Shown: positions 27,985 to 40,952 of the stretch, piece after piece
Position numbering within the stretch: the first letter of the stretch is position 1
How the letters are laid out: every line of letters begins with the position of its first letter
Source: Eledone cirrhosa
Lineage: Eukaryota
DNA length: 64,000 nt
NCBI GenBank assembly: GCA_964016885.1
Contig: OZ024752.1
Span: 36,704,001 to 36,768,000 of the forward strand
Direction: 5' to 3'
Position numbers and translations under genes: made by a program
The notes under the pieces: model-generated
Databases searched by the model: none
The model's input: only the letters and a program-made list of their open reading frames with translations
Told to the model about the DNA's origin: nothing

Positions 27985-28817
27985 AAATGTTTGAGAATAG
28001 AAAGTGTCTACTTTGTTATTATGCCATGGAAAATTCTACTCAGGTTCCATGAAGGAGCTTTTTACGTGATTGATCAGATAGAAATAACAGCTAAATCTCC
28101 CTTAAATCACACGACTCTAAAAAAAATAATTGTTTCTACATTTGGCACAAGGCCAGCAATTATCCCAGTATATTACTGGTACTTTATTTTATCGACCTCC
28201 TAAGGATGAAAGGCAAAGTTAACCTCGGCGGAATTTGAACTCAGAACATAAAGGGCTGTAACTCTATGCTGCAAAGCATGGCGTCCGACCTTCTACCGAT
28301 ACTGCCAATCCCCCGCCCTAAAAAAAAATTATAAAAAGAAAACACACAGACACACACACATTAGATAATGTCGTTCTATATACTCCAGAAAGGATTTCAT
28401 TTATTGGTCACAAGGGCCGACATGTAGAGGACAATAAAAAGACAAGGACAGTGGGGGTTTACAATAAGCTCGAGTAAAAGTGCACAATGGCAAGACTAAT
28501 TTAACAATGAAAATATAAAATAATATAATACTAATAATACAAAGATAAGGAAGAATATGTATGTATATATATAACATATAGGTAAAAGAGTAAAAGAGTA
28601 TATATATATATATATATATATATATTAACCGTACGGCATAAATCAGGCTGTCCGCTTGTTTACAAACGGACAAAGCGGGCGTTATAATAAACGTCCGCTA
28701 AACTGATACGTACATATATATATATGCGTACCTGTATGTATATATATATATATATATATATGCATGCTACTGTACGTCTGTATACATATATGTATGTACG
28801 TATACATACATACTTAC

Positions 28818-28870
<53 letters not shown>

Positions 28871-28873
<3 letters not shown>

Positions 28874-28936
28874 ACTCTTTTACTCTTTTACCTGCTTCAG
28901 CCATCCGGCTGAGGCCATGCTGGAGCACCGCCCTTG
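28871..28936 (-). mobile_element. 3' tail of a SINE/LINE with (AAAAGAGT)n end
   Basis: Minus strand caagggcggtgctccagcatggcctcagcc...gtaaaagagtaaaagagta. From recall this resembles a very abundant octopus repeat end. Confidence 0.65.
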
Positions 28937-29010
28937 AAAAAATATGGAACGCTTCACGAATTTGCGTGTCATCCTTGCGCAGGGGCCATGCTAATCTTCT
29001 CTGTATCGTT
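28937..29010 (-). pseudogene. RNU6: 5'-truncated U6 snRNA retrocopy (about nt 34 to the 3' oligo-U)
   Basis: Minus strand AACGATACAGAGAAGATTAGCATGGCCCCTGCGCAAGGATGACACGCAAATTCGTGAAGCGTTCCATATTTTTT contains the ACAGAGA box, AGC triad and ISL. The 5' stem-loop is absent. Confidence 0.95.
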
Positions 29011-29676
29011 ATATATATATATATATAGGGCGGTGGATTGGAAGTAGCAGTAGAGAGTCGGACGCCATGCTTTCCAGCATAGTTACGTCCCTTTACGGTC
29101 TGAGTTCAAATCCCGCCGAGGTTGACTTTGCCTTTCATCCTTACGGGGTCGATAAAATAAAATACCAGTAATGTACTGAGTAATTGCTGGCCTTGTGCCA
29201 AAAGTAGAAACAGTTATATATATATATAGAATCATTAGATAAAATATATACAGTATTTCTTCTCCCAATCAGCATAAATCAACCACACACAAAAAATCAT
29301 TTAAACGAGGCTATAAGTTTAAAATATACCTATGAAGAAACAGTAGATAAATTCTATATAGCTTTTTATCCGCAACTCACAGCCACAGAAAATTTACCCA
29401 GTATTTCTGATAGCCTGTAGAAATTGACTAGACATATAGTTAACCATACATAATTAGTTAACCATACATAATTAGGTACAAAATCAAAGTTAGAAGAAAA
29501 AATGTACATAAACATACCAAACTCATCAAAAATATCTGTTTATCAAAGGGTCATCAGAGTTCTGTGGTAAACAGGTGAAACTCCAGAGTAACAGGACTCA
29601 CTATTTAGCTTTGATAAAATTATTATTAAAACTATACTTCGGTATTATATATATATATATATTTATTTATATATAT

Positions 29677-30090
<414 letters not shown>

Positions 30091-30093
30091 CAG

Positions 30094-30148
<55 letters not shown>

Positions 30149-30217
30149 AGAAAAAAGAGAATCAGTGCTCTACCAGGGCATCGAGTGCTCATACGGACGC
30201 TTTAAGCATCCAGCACC

Positions 30218-30283
<66 letters not shown>

Positions 30284-30420
30284 GGATTTAGTTCCGTGTA
30301 GGAGCATAATTAAATAATATAATATATCTGTTCTCTTCCCGATTGAGCAGTTTTCCGTTTTACTTTTTCACACCTACGGATATTTTCTACACATACACAC
30401 TCACACACACACGCACACGC

Positions 30421-30491
<71 letters not shown>

Positions 30492-31334
30492 GTGCTCAAT
30501 TATGTTTATGTGTGTATGGACTATAGAGCTGGTGGAGATTGTCAACTTTGGTTTGTAGCCCACTTAAGAGCCACACTACCACACATACAAGAAATGTTTA
30601 GACTGAATACAGAAGGGGATATGCCTCTGGGATTAAAGATAGATCCCAGACGGAGGAAAAGGTCGGTTTGTGAGATTAGATATAGATCGGAGAGGGCTGC
30701 CTTTCAGATTATATATGGATGGGAATCTCTAAGCTGGCTCAGTACTGTTCAAAGCATGCTCTCAACTGTTAGATTAATACGGTATTAGTGTTGTGGAGAG
30801 AACATGGAGTAGAGTGTGTTGTTTAAGAAATAACTAACTGATCGTCCGTATCAGTATTTCTCAACCTTTCTTTCCTTGTGGCCTATTTTGGTGTCAAAAA
30901 TATTTCAGACCCACATAAGCGCAGATAGAAATTCAATGTCACAGGAAATACATTTAGGTCGTAAGACATCTAATAACATCTCCATGTCATCCTCTCTATA
31001 TCTTACCTTTTTGTCTCTATGTATTTAACTGACCTTTCTATTATTAGTTCACACATTGTTCTATTTAAATATCACACATTCGTTTATTTATTTTGACATC
31101 GTCATGTCATGTAAATTTCGTTTCGTTTCGTTATGTTTCGTTCCGTTTTGTTTTCGTCACCTCATCCTTCACGTTTTCGTACTCTCTGTTTCCTGTGTTC
31201 CTCGTCCTTTAAAACAAAATTTCTCAACCTTTTCTTCCCAGTGGCTCATTTTTTGGAGTCAAAAGTATTTCAACCCACCCAAATAGAAATTCCATTTAAT
31301 AGGAAATATATTTTATTTATAAAAGTAAAATGTA

Positions 31335-31506
31335 CAGAGTGGGCCAGAATTCATGACTCGCTTGTTAGTTATATTTCTTAACATGCTTATTTTATTGTTA
31401 TTGTATTGTTTTAATTTATATTTTTATTTCTTAATATGCCTCACAGGTTTTTATTGTTAATCGATCTATACATAATCAAGTGAGTCATGAATTCTGGCCC
31501 GCACTA
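31335..31506. mobile_element. Tc1/mariner MITE
   Basis: TIR cagagtgggccagaattcatgactcgcttg / caagtgagtcatgaattctggcccgcacta with TA flanks. Confidence 0.8.
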
Positions 31507-31670
31507 TAGTTGAAAATATAAATCCTGACTAATGACTGACTACATTGCTCTTTCTAACAGAACACAGTTAAACAAAACAAAAACAAAAAAAATGTTTCAG
31601 ATCAATTTGAAAATATAATTTATTATAAGAAGAAAACATGGAAAATTTTATTAAAATAATTTCTGAATTA

Positions 31671-31943
31671 CCGTATTTCCCGGCGTCGAAGACGCTACTT
31701 TTTTCCTAAAATAAGTCTAAAAAAAATCTATCATGCGTCCTGGAGGCCGAAGGTTGTTTATTATTTCTTTAAACTTTGCCTTTCATCCTTACGGGGTCGA
31801 TAAAATAAAGTACCAGTAATGCACTGGGAGAATTGCTGGCCTTGTGCCAAAAGTAGAAACAATTATTTTTTTTTCAAATTTTTGGTTAACAAAATTAGGG
31901 TGCGCCCTCGTGGACGAAGCGTCTTCGGCGCCGGGAAATACGG
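31671..31943. mobile_element. CCGTATTT-MITE interrupted by a SINE 3' fragment (31771-31865)
   Basis: TIRs ccgtatttcccggcg / cgccgggaaatacgg. Confidence 0.85.
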
Positions 31944-32404
31944 TATTTTCCCTTAAAAATAAAATAAAGCAGTTTGTTTTCATAATTTTACACCAGTGGA
32001 AAAAAATAAAATAGAATTTCAAAGTCCACCTATTTTCCTTGGGTCAACTCCAGACCCATTAAAAAAAATGTTCTCAGCCACCCCCTCCCCAACTTATACG
32101 TAAGTGCCTACGTTGAGAATCAATATTACTCTGTTCTGTTCACATATACATTCATTCAACTGTTACATTAATACGGCATCAGTGTTACAGAGAGGATGTG
32201 AAGTAGAGCCTGCTACTTATGGAATAACTGGTCGTCTGCATTCACGTATACATTCAGGAGAGAACCTAGCGAAGTTACTCTATAACCTTCCAAGAATGAA
32301 GACGAAAGCAACATCAGTGAATGGATTCCAACATTTAAATAAGCATAACGTTTTCTCTCAGAAATATCACAGGAAAAAAAAGTGTTTAGCATCTATTCCG
32401 AAAA

Positions 32405-32712
32405 TATGTGTATGTGAATATGTGTATGTGAATATGTGTGTGTGTGATGTGAGTGTGTGTGTGAATGTGTGTATGTGAATGTGTGTGTGCGTATGTGAAT
32501 GTGTGTGTGTGTGTATGTGAATGTGTGTGTGGGTGTGTGTGTGTGAATGTGTGTGTGGGTGTGTGTATGTGAATGCGTGTTTGTGTATATATATACGCGT
32601 GTATGTGTGAATGTGAATGTGTGTGTGTGTGAATGTGTGAGTGTGTATGTGAATGTGTGTGTGTGTGAATGCGTGTTTGTGTATATATACATGTGTGTGT
32701 GAATGTGTGTGT
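32405..32712. repeat. (TG)n/(TGTGAA)n microsatellite
   Basis: Read directly. Confidence 0.9.
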
Positions 32713-32821
32713 TTGTCTTTTTCCTTTTGGATAACGAAAAAAAAAACATACATGAAATAACCTTCAAGGCAAACTAATATTAGAACCCCCCTCCGCCGCG
32801 CCCCTTTTGCACACCAAAACC

Positions 32822-32853
<32 letters not shown>

Positions 32854-33713
32854 CAACAATAATATATATTATAAGAATAAACATTATATCATACGTATTC
32901 ATGCTATTAGAAGATGCAAGAAGAAGAAAAACAAAAAAAACATATTATACTCGTACGCCTTTTTTAAGCTGCAAGGAAAGAATGCTCCTTTTAAAGGAAT
33001 AATTCAAAAGGTACAATTCCTGAAAATATGTGAATGATAATCGATTACAGTTACGAAAATACCACAAGACATATTTTATTTATTTATATATATATATTTA
33101 TTTATATATTTATTTATTTATTTATTTATTTGCTGCGGCGCATTTTTGTACCAATATGAAAGATTTCCTCTTTCTATTTTATAACTTCTTGTCTTTTAAG
33201 CATATTTAATTACAAGTAATATACTAATAGCATCTAGGTTAAAATCCCTCCGATCACTTATTTCATTTATAACTGAGTGAAATTGATAGAGACAGAAAAA
33301 AAAAAAAAATATGTAAAAAAAATAAAATAAATAAATAAAAAAAATAGAAAAAATAAAAAAAAACCAACAACAATAACAAAAAAAAAAAGAATCAATATTT
33401 CTAATTATATCCACAGAAATCTATTTCGTGTTTTACTATTAAAGATCCAAATATATCCATTTGTTCAATACCGATAATCAATAACCTTATCTCCAGTTTT
33501 CTGTTTATCGCTATTTTACTTGGAGAAATTGATACATTTTTGAAGCAATACGTCTGGAAAGAGGATTAATTTTAAAATGTTATTATTGAAGCATTCTTAC
33601 AGATTTGTCTCTTGTAAATATGGTTTAGAAGTGTTCAAACTTTATATGAATGTTTCCAATATGAAAGAAAAACTGTTGGTATAAAGTAGCACAATTTATA
33701 TATAAAGTAACAC

Positions 33714-33784
<71 letters not shown>

Positions 33785-34077
33785 CCCCCTTCCCCCCTCC
33801 GGAAAACCCTCCAGTTGATGGATGCGAATCCGAAATATAGGGACAATTAAATCTCTCCCAAGGTAATTCTATCTCGTGTTATTATTTTTATTTTTTACGC
33901 TCTTTCCTACGTTCCTCTACACACTATACATCTCATTCTACATTCCCTTACATCTCTCTCTTCACCACCGGATTCTGTTACCCGGAGATTTACCCATCTG
34001 CATTGTTGAGGCTTCCAAAACGACCCCCCCCCCCCCACATTGTTTCCTCGGTCCGATTTGACGAAAGTCGATCGACA

Positions 34078-34140
<63 letters not shown>

Positions 34141-34143
<3 letters not shown>

Positions 34144-34338
34144 TGTCGATCGACTTTCGTCAAATCGGACTGAGGAAACAATGTTTCCGTTGGTCTTTCC
34201 AATTGCTAATACTATCTATTGGTCGCAACTCCAGGTAGAAGGAGCAACGTGAAATAAACTTACTCAAGGACATAACGCATCGCCCAGTCCGGGAATCGAA
34301 CTGACAACCTCACTAATGCGAATCCATCCAATTCTCTA
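34141..34338 (-). mobile_element. tRNA/CORE-like SINE whose 3' end abuts (TA)n
   Basis: Minus strand ggcgtgtggctgattggttagagaattgg...gttcgattccc...tgtccttgagtaag...gtcgatcgacaaaa(TA)n. Copies at 42725-42940 and a tail at 3025-3120. Confidence 0.8.
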
Positions 34339-34356
34339 ACCAATCAGCCACACGCC

Positions 34357-34439
<83 letters not shown>

Positions 34440-34759
34440 GTATATACCGTATTTCCCGGCGCCGAAGATGCTTCGTCTTCGTGGATGCACCCTAATTTTG
34501 ACAACCAAAAATTTGAAAAATAAATAATAAACAACCTTCGGCCTCCAGGACGCATAGTAGATTTTTTAGACTTATTTTAGGAATTTGAAAATTAGGTAGT
34601 AACATGTGCTTACGCCGTATTTGAGTAAATAGAATTAGTCTGTTGGGATTTTTAAAAATCCTCTGAAATGGAAAAAAGGATGAGTATTAATGTACATGGA
34701 AGACAAACCCACATCTTTATACCTGCTGTGGTTACATAGCTTCTAGTTGAAGCATGGGT

Positions 34760-34830
34760 GGCGTGTTGGTGTAATGGTAACACATTGGTCCGGCAAACCA
34801 AAGATGTGGGTTCGTGTCCCATGTACGTCA
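34760..34830 (+). pseudogene. tRNA-like cloverleaf inside a family G element
   Basis: Acceptor GGCGTGT/GTACGTC-A, D arm GTGT-AATGGTA-ACAC, anticodon arm TTGGT-CCGGCAA-ACCAA, T arm GTGGG-TTCGTGT-CCCAT. Confidence 0.7.
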
Positions 34831-34977
34831 ATACTCATCCTTTTTTTCCATCCAGAGAGTTTTTTAAAATCCCAACTAACAGACTAATTCTATTTAGTCA
34901 AATACGGCGTAAGCACATGGTACTACATAATTTATATATATCTATCCATATATATATATATATATCCATATATATAT

Positions 34978-35013
<36 letters not shown>

Positions 35014-35017
<4 letters not shown>

Positions 35018-35590
35018 GAAAGGTATAGAAAGTATTGTAGCAAGAAGCCAACAGTATTCCATAATATATAAGTGACTATAGCGTCAAAATGGGAAAAATA
35101 GTTAACGTAAGATGTGGGAAAACAGGCTAGTTCACCATCATGCGTGATTATGAAAAATAAAACGCACATGTGGAAAGACAGGGCTGGTGACGTCAGAATG
35201 AGACGACGAATGTTTGTTTACAAGAAACAACAGTCAAAAACATTTCGAAAAAAAACTCTACAATAAGGAGTTCAGCAAAAAGCAATATTATCGCGGTTTT
35301 TTATAAAAAAAAAAACCGGGATTAGTCACAAATAATTTAAGCACTCTAGGAAAGAAATCCGAGTATAAATATATAAATGAAAGGTATAGAAAACATTGTA
35401 GCAAAAAGCCAACAGTATTCCATAATATATAAGTGACTATAGCGTCAAAATGGGAAAAATAGTTAACGTAAGATGTGGGAAAAATAATTCAAACTCAACT
35501 CAAAGAGAATCAGCATATAGATTCATCCACAGAATTTAGTGAAATCCAGGGAAAAATCAATAGAGCCTTAACTCATGATAAAATAAAGTT
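35014..35590. repeat. (TA)n-embedded element with a ~108-bp direct repeat 361 bp apart
   Basis: aaatgaaaggtataga...gatgtgggaaaa at 35014 and 35375. Confidence 0.75.
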
Positions 35591-35739
35591 TAAATATCCA
35601 TATATATATAGACCTATATATATATATAGACCTGAATATATATATATATATATTTTGTGTGTGTGTTTGCATGTGTAGTTTTATTTTATTTTTCCTTTCC
35701 TTCTCCCTTTTCCAGCCTCACTTTCATATAGATTGCATT

Positions 35740-35937
35740 TTTGTTTTTAGAATCCAAATTCAATAAACAAACCAGGATTTTTCATTCTGAGGATTGAAAG
35801 CAAAACCTTTTGCTTTTAAGAAACCACTGGTAAATGGAATAATTGCCTTATGTTGTTTATTACATAATAATAATAATTAAGCTCTGTTGCCTACGTAGAG
35901 CACTCTTTTTTCCTGGACTTTTCCGATGGAATTACTT

Positions 35938-35940
<3 letters not shown>
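35740..35940 (+). ncRNA. Family J hammerhead element (HHR 35781-35838) with 3' extension
   Basis: ttcatt ctgagga ttgaaagcaaaaccttttgcttttaa gaaa ccactgg ta aatgga. Confidence 0.88.
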
Positions 35941-36010
<70 letters not shown>

Positions 36011-36416
36011 GTTTCTTCGCTTCAGTGGTAGTGTATAGCATCTGTACATATGGAAGCTCTGTGGCTTTCACGTTTAGTTATTTAGTTCAAACTTTATACG
36101 AATGATTTTAATATGAAATAAAAAAAACTGTTAGCATAGAATAACACAATCATATATATATATATACTGATGGAATCGTTTCAATCTAAGTGACTGACAT
36201 CTGTTCATCTGTTCATATAGAAACTGTGTGGTTTTTACGTTGAGCTATTTAGTTATTTGCTCGGCGACATAGAGTTGCAGTAAAAAGCACGTTGAATCTA
36301 ATCTATTCATATATATAGGGCTTAGTTTCCTTCCTGTTAATTCCAATCTGTTTAACACGATCCAGCAAAGACAGTCTTGTTACTGACTGAGATATAGGTC
36401 AACGAATAGACCACAG

Positions 36417-36475
<59 letters not shown>

Positions 36476-36614
36476 ACTTATTTATCAAAACTAGAAATAC
36501 CCGATTTGCTCAAATTAGTAGCGAAGTTTCCATCAAATTTTATACCTTGCGTCTAGACTTACATAATAATATATTTTAGCTCAAGGTATTATATTTTTTT
36601 AAATCTATTTGCAT

Positions 36615-36723
<109 letters not shown>

Positions 36724-36864
36724 CCCACGACTCTTTTCAGAGCTTCCTAGATTTGTGGGGGAACATTATTCTCAAAACAGGACACCTGGTTAGAATACTT
36801 GCAAAAGAGTGGACTCCACTAAAAGCAGCCAAGAACCATATTAAAGAGAGCGACAAATTAAGTC

Positions 36865-37075
36865 AACCAGCCACCCAGCAAACCAGCCAGCCAGCCAGAA
36901 AACCAGCCATCAAACAAGACAGCTAGCCAGCAAAACCAGCCAACCAGCCAGCCAACCAGCAAACCAGCCAGCCAGCCAGCAAACCAGCTAGCTAGCCAGC
37001 CATCAAACAAGACAGCTAGCCAGCAAAACCAGCCAACTAACCAGCCAGCAATCCAGTAAGCAAATCAACAAGCAA
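36865..37075. repeat. (CCAG)n-like low-complexity repeat
   Basis: Read directly. Confidence 0.8.
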
Positions 37076-37740
37076 GAATGCCAGGCCATCGTAGGGTCTG
37101 AACTTTGAACGTAAAGAGCCGGAATAAATACTGCTAGGAATTCCGTGCCACGCCCTAAAGATTCTGTCAGCATACCGCCTAAAAATGATACTTTATTTAT
37201 CGACCTCGGAAGGATATAAAAGGACAAGTTGATCTCGGCGGGATTTGAACTCAGAATGCAAGGAACTAGAATCCATACAACGCTCCAATGCTTCTTTCAA
37301 ATGAAATAGAAATGTTCACCTCATGTGACAGATTGATTTTATTATATTGATTTCTAACAGAGTTACAAAAACCTCAAATGTGTGAGTAGAGGTGGGGTGG
37401 GGGTAGGGTAGTTGATTACATCGATCTTACTATTTTACTGATACACTTTATTTTATCAACCCCGCCGAAGGATGAAACGTGAAGTAAATCCTGGCGGGAT
37501 TTGAAATCAGAAGACAAACAATCAGAACTAAGAAATACCGCAAGGTACACTCTACTGTTTCTGCCAATCCACCAATATTGATTTCTAATTTAGGCACAAG
37601 GCCAACAAAGTTTGGGGGCGCAGGGCAATATCGATTAAGTTAATCGCAGTTCTTCACTGACTCTTTATTTTATCGACCCCAGAAGAATGAAAGGCAAAGT
37701 TGACCTCAGCAGGATTTGAATCCAGAATGTAAAGAACCAA

Positions 37741-37774
<34 letters not shown>

Positions 37775-37775
<1 letters not shown>

Positions 37776-38097
37776 TGAAAATGGCGTAGGACAGAAGAAA
37801 GGAAAGGCACAGAAACAAAGAAAGGAATCCCCAGTCACTGAAGAGGTCACAGAGTGTGTGACGAAAGGACTATGACTATATATAAACAACTATCTGGTTG
37901 TGGAACCAACCAACCAACCAGAAATTTATAAGTTTGTAGATTTGTAAATTTATAAATTTATAAATATATAATAAATTGAAGTGAAAGCAACTGGTGCGTG
38001 TGTTTCTTATTGGCAACATGACCCTCCCAAAGTATAACAATATCGGTTTCAACACACGATTTCAGATAAAGAATCTTGCTAAACAAATTCAGAAACG

Positions 38098-38100
<3 letters not shown>
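37775..38100 (+). ncRNA. Family F element with type I hammerhead (37833-37877)
   Basis: AGUCA-CUGAAGA-gGUCACagaguguGUGAC-GAA-AGgaCU-A-UGACU. Copies at 39042-39335 (-), 40137-40400 (-) and 55742-56080 (+). Confidence 0.88.
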
Positions 38101-38138
<38 letters not shown>

Positions 38139-38493
38139 TTACTCAACAATAAAATCGAAAGATCATTGTAACCATAGACTCAAAGAGAAGTTTTCGCACT
38201 ACAAGTGCAAATCGAACCCTTAACCTCTTACTACCAACTGACAAACTGCATATACTTAGACTTTATACCCTCTTGTTGTATCTAAACCCTTTTATTTACC
38301 CACAAAAACCAATACCTATATCCCCCCTTCTCCTTCATTCCTCTTCTATTTCTTCGTTTTCTTCCTTCCTTCCTTCCATTTTTGGCTATCTTTTCTTCTC
38401 TTCTTTCTCCCCCCTTCTTTGCTTTTATTTTTGTTATTATTATTTTTATCTTTATTTTTTATATATATATTTATCTTTTTTTATCTCCCGCCC

Positions 38494-38565
<72 letters not shown>

Positions 38566-38987
38566 ATCCCTCCCACTATGATCAATTTAATTCTCTTTAA
38601 CTCACTACATTCCACGACATGAAGTCTACTTACCAAAACTGATCAAAGAATCCTTCCACCTCTACTCCTCCCTCCATCTCAGTTTGTCACTCTACTTCCT
38701 ACCTCTTCCCCCTTCCTCTCTCTCTCTATAATATTCCGTTTGTCCCCTCACCTTCTGATTCCTCTCTCTCTATACTAGTAAATACAATTCCAAATAAATG
38801 TTTTTCTCTATATATTAAGAATTATTTCAAGAGTAACTTACTCACTATTTTGAAAATTTGGACTGTGAACAACAATTATATTTGAGTGGCTGCTATTTGC
38901 AGTATAGCAATATAAAGTTGCACTTACCAATGAAACGGTCGTAAATACCTGGATAAAATCCTTCTCTTAATGCTTACCTGTGTTTTC

Positions 38988-39045
<58 letters not shown>

Positions 39046-39332
39046 CTATACTTTGGGAGGGTCATGTTGCCAATAAGAAACACACGCACCAGTTGCTTTC
39101 ACTTCAATTTATTATATATTTATAAATTTATAAATTTACAAATCTACAAATCTATAAATTTCTGGTTGGTTGGTTGGTTCCACAACCAGATAGTTGTTTA
39201 TATATAGTCATCGTCCTTTCGTCACACACTCTGTGACCTCTTCGGTGACTGGGGATTCCTTTCTTTGTTTCTGTGCCTTTCCTTTCTTCTGTCCTACGCC
39301 ATTTCTTCTGTCCAACGCCAAATTCAGAAACG

Positions 39333-39465
<133 letters not shown>

Positions 39466-39590
39466 AAGTCATGGCACCGGCGGCTGTGCTCCAGCCGTTT
39501 CGACAGCTAGATACGAACTAAGCCAGCAAACTTAGTTCGTATCTAGCTGTCGAAACGGCCAGAGCTCAGCCGCCGGAGCCATAGCTTGCG

Positions 39591-39642
<52 letters not shown>

Positions 39643-39647
<5 letters not shown>

Positions 39648-39980
39648 CTGGCAGGAAGGTATACGTTGCTGACGATAGCTAATAAGCTTGAAACTAGTAC
39701 AGCGTTCCTTTGTTAGTGTTGAACAAACGAGCAACGATGGTTGCTGGACACTACGGCTTAATACGGGATGTTTGTTTACAAACACACCGAGCATTATAAT
39801 AAATGTTCGGTGAATCCATACGTACATATATATATGTGTGCATGTATGTATATATATATATATATATATATATACATACTACTGTACGTCTGTATACATA
39901 TATGTATGTACATGTACATACTTATATTTAAGTAACAGCCGTACTAAGAGTGGGAATTGAAATTTCATTTCAATTTTTCC

Positions 39981-39985
<5 letters not shown>
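39643..39985 (+). ncRNA. Family E hammerhead element (HHR 39663-39705)
   Basis: Reverse complement of 22291-22612. Confidence 0.88.
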
Positions 39986-40024
<39 letters not shown>

Positions 40025-40766
40025 ATGGTTGGAATTTTTTTTTATTCTGTATATTTTATAGCCTATAGTTTATTTACCTGGCAATCAATGTTTATCATTG
40101 ATTGACCAACAGTTAAAAATATATATATAAATATATATTGTTATACTTTGGGAGGGTCATGTTGCCAATAAGAAACACACGCACCAGTTGCTTTCACTTC
40201 AATTTATTATAAATTAAATTTATAAATTTAGGAATTTATAAATTTATAAATTTCCGGTTGGTTGGTTCCACAACCAGATGGTTGTTTATATATTGTCAAA
40301 GTTCTTTCGTCACACATTCTGTGACCTCTTCAGTGACTGGGGGTTCTTTTCTTTGTTTTTTGTGCCTCTCCTTTGTTCTGTCCTACGCCATTTTGTTTTT
40401 GTATGTGTGTTGTGTGCTTAGTTTGCGCATGTGTTACATCCGGGTGTCTGTGTGTGTTTATATTCGTTTATTTATTTGTTTACTTACATGTTACAGGTTG
40501 GTTGTTTGATCTATGTGCGTGTGTGTTTTCATTTTGTCCTTAATTGTAAGTTGTGATGTTGCTGTTCCACTCATGTTTTCTATTTAATTTCGGTTGTAAT
40601 TCATTTATGTTTATTGCCTCTGTGATTTGTCTAAACATTGCGTCTCTAAACTAGACGCAATGTTTAGACAAATCACAGAATAATAAAAAAATCCAAACCA
40701 AACAGTGAATGTCATATCTTTCTGGCAATATTACAACAATATGACCCTCCCCAAATATATATATAT

Positions 40767-40952
40767 AAATGGCTTCTACAGGACTAGAACTGTTTCATTC
40801 GACAGAAATCATCAGGAAGCCCTAATGATTTCTCCCGAATGTAACAGTTCTAGTCGTGTAGAAGCCATTTTCATATTAAATATTTATACTCTGCTATGTA
40901 ATGAGTACCTAATTTACTGTGGTTACCCCCGATTGAACCCGGGATAAACTTA
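40767..40952. ncRNA. Family B fold-back; intact hammerhead at minus 40772-40820
   Basis: GCUUC-CUGAUGA-uUUCugucGAAu-GAA-ACAGuucuagucCUGU-A-GAAGC, with a perfect 5-bp stem I. Confidence 0.9.

Noticed and set aside
28937-29010. Functional U6 gene
   Set aside because: It lacks the 5' stem-loop; the upstream sequence is (TA)n and a SINE rather than a PSE/TATA promoter.
34760-34830. Functional tRNA gene
   Set aside because: Several G-U pairs in the acceptor stem, an altered T loop, an anticodon loop that differs between copies, and location inside a repeat.
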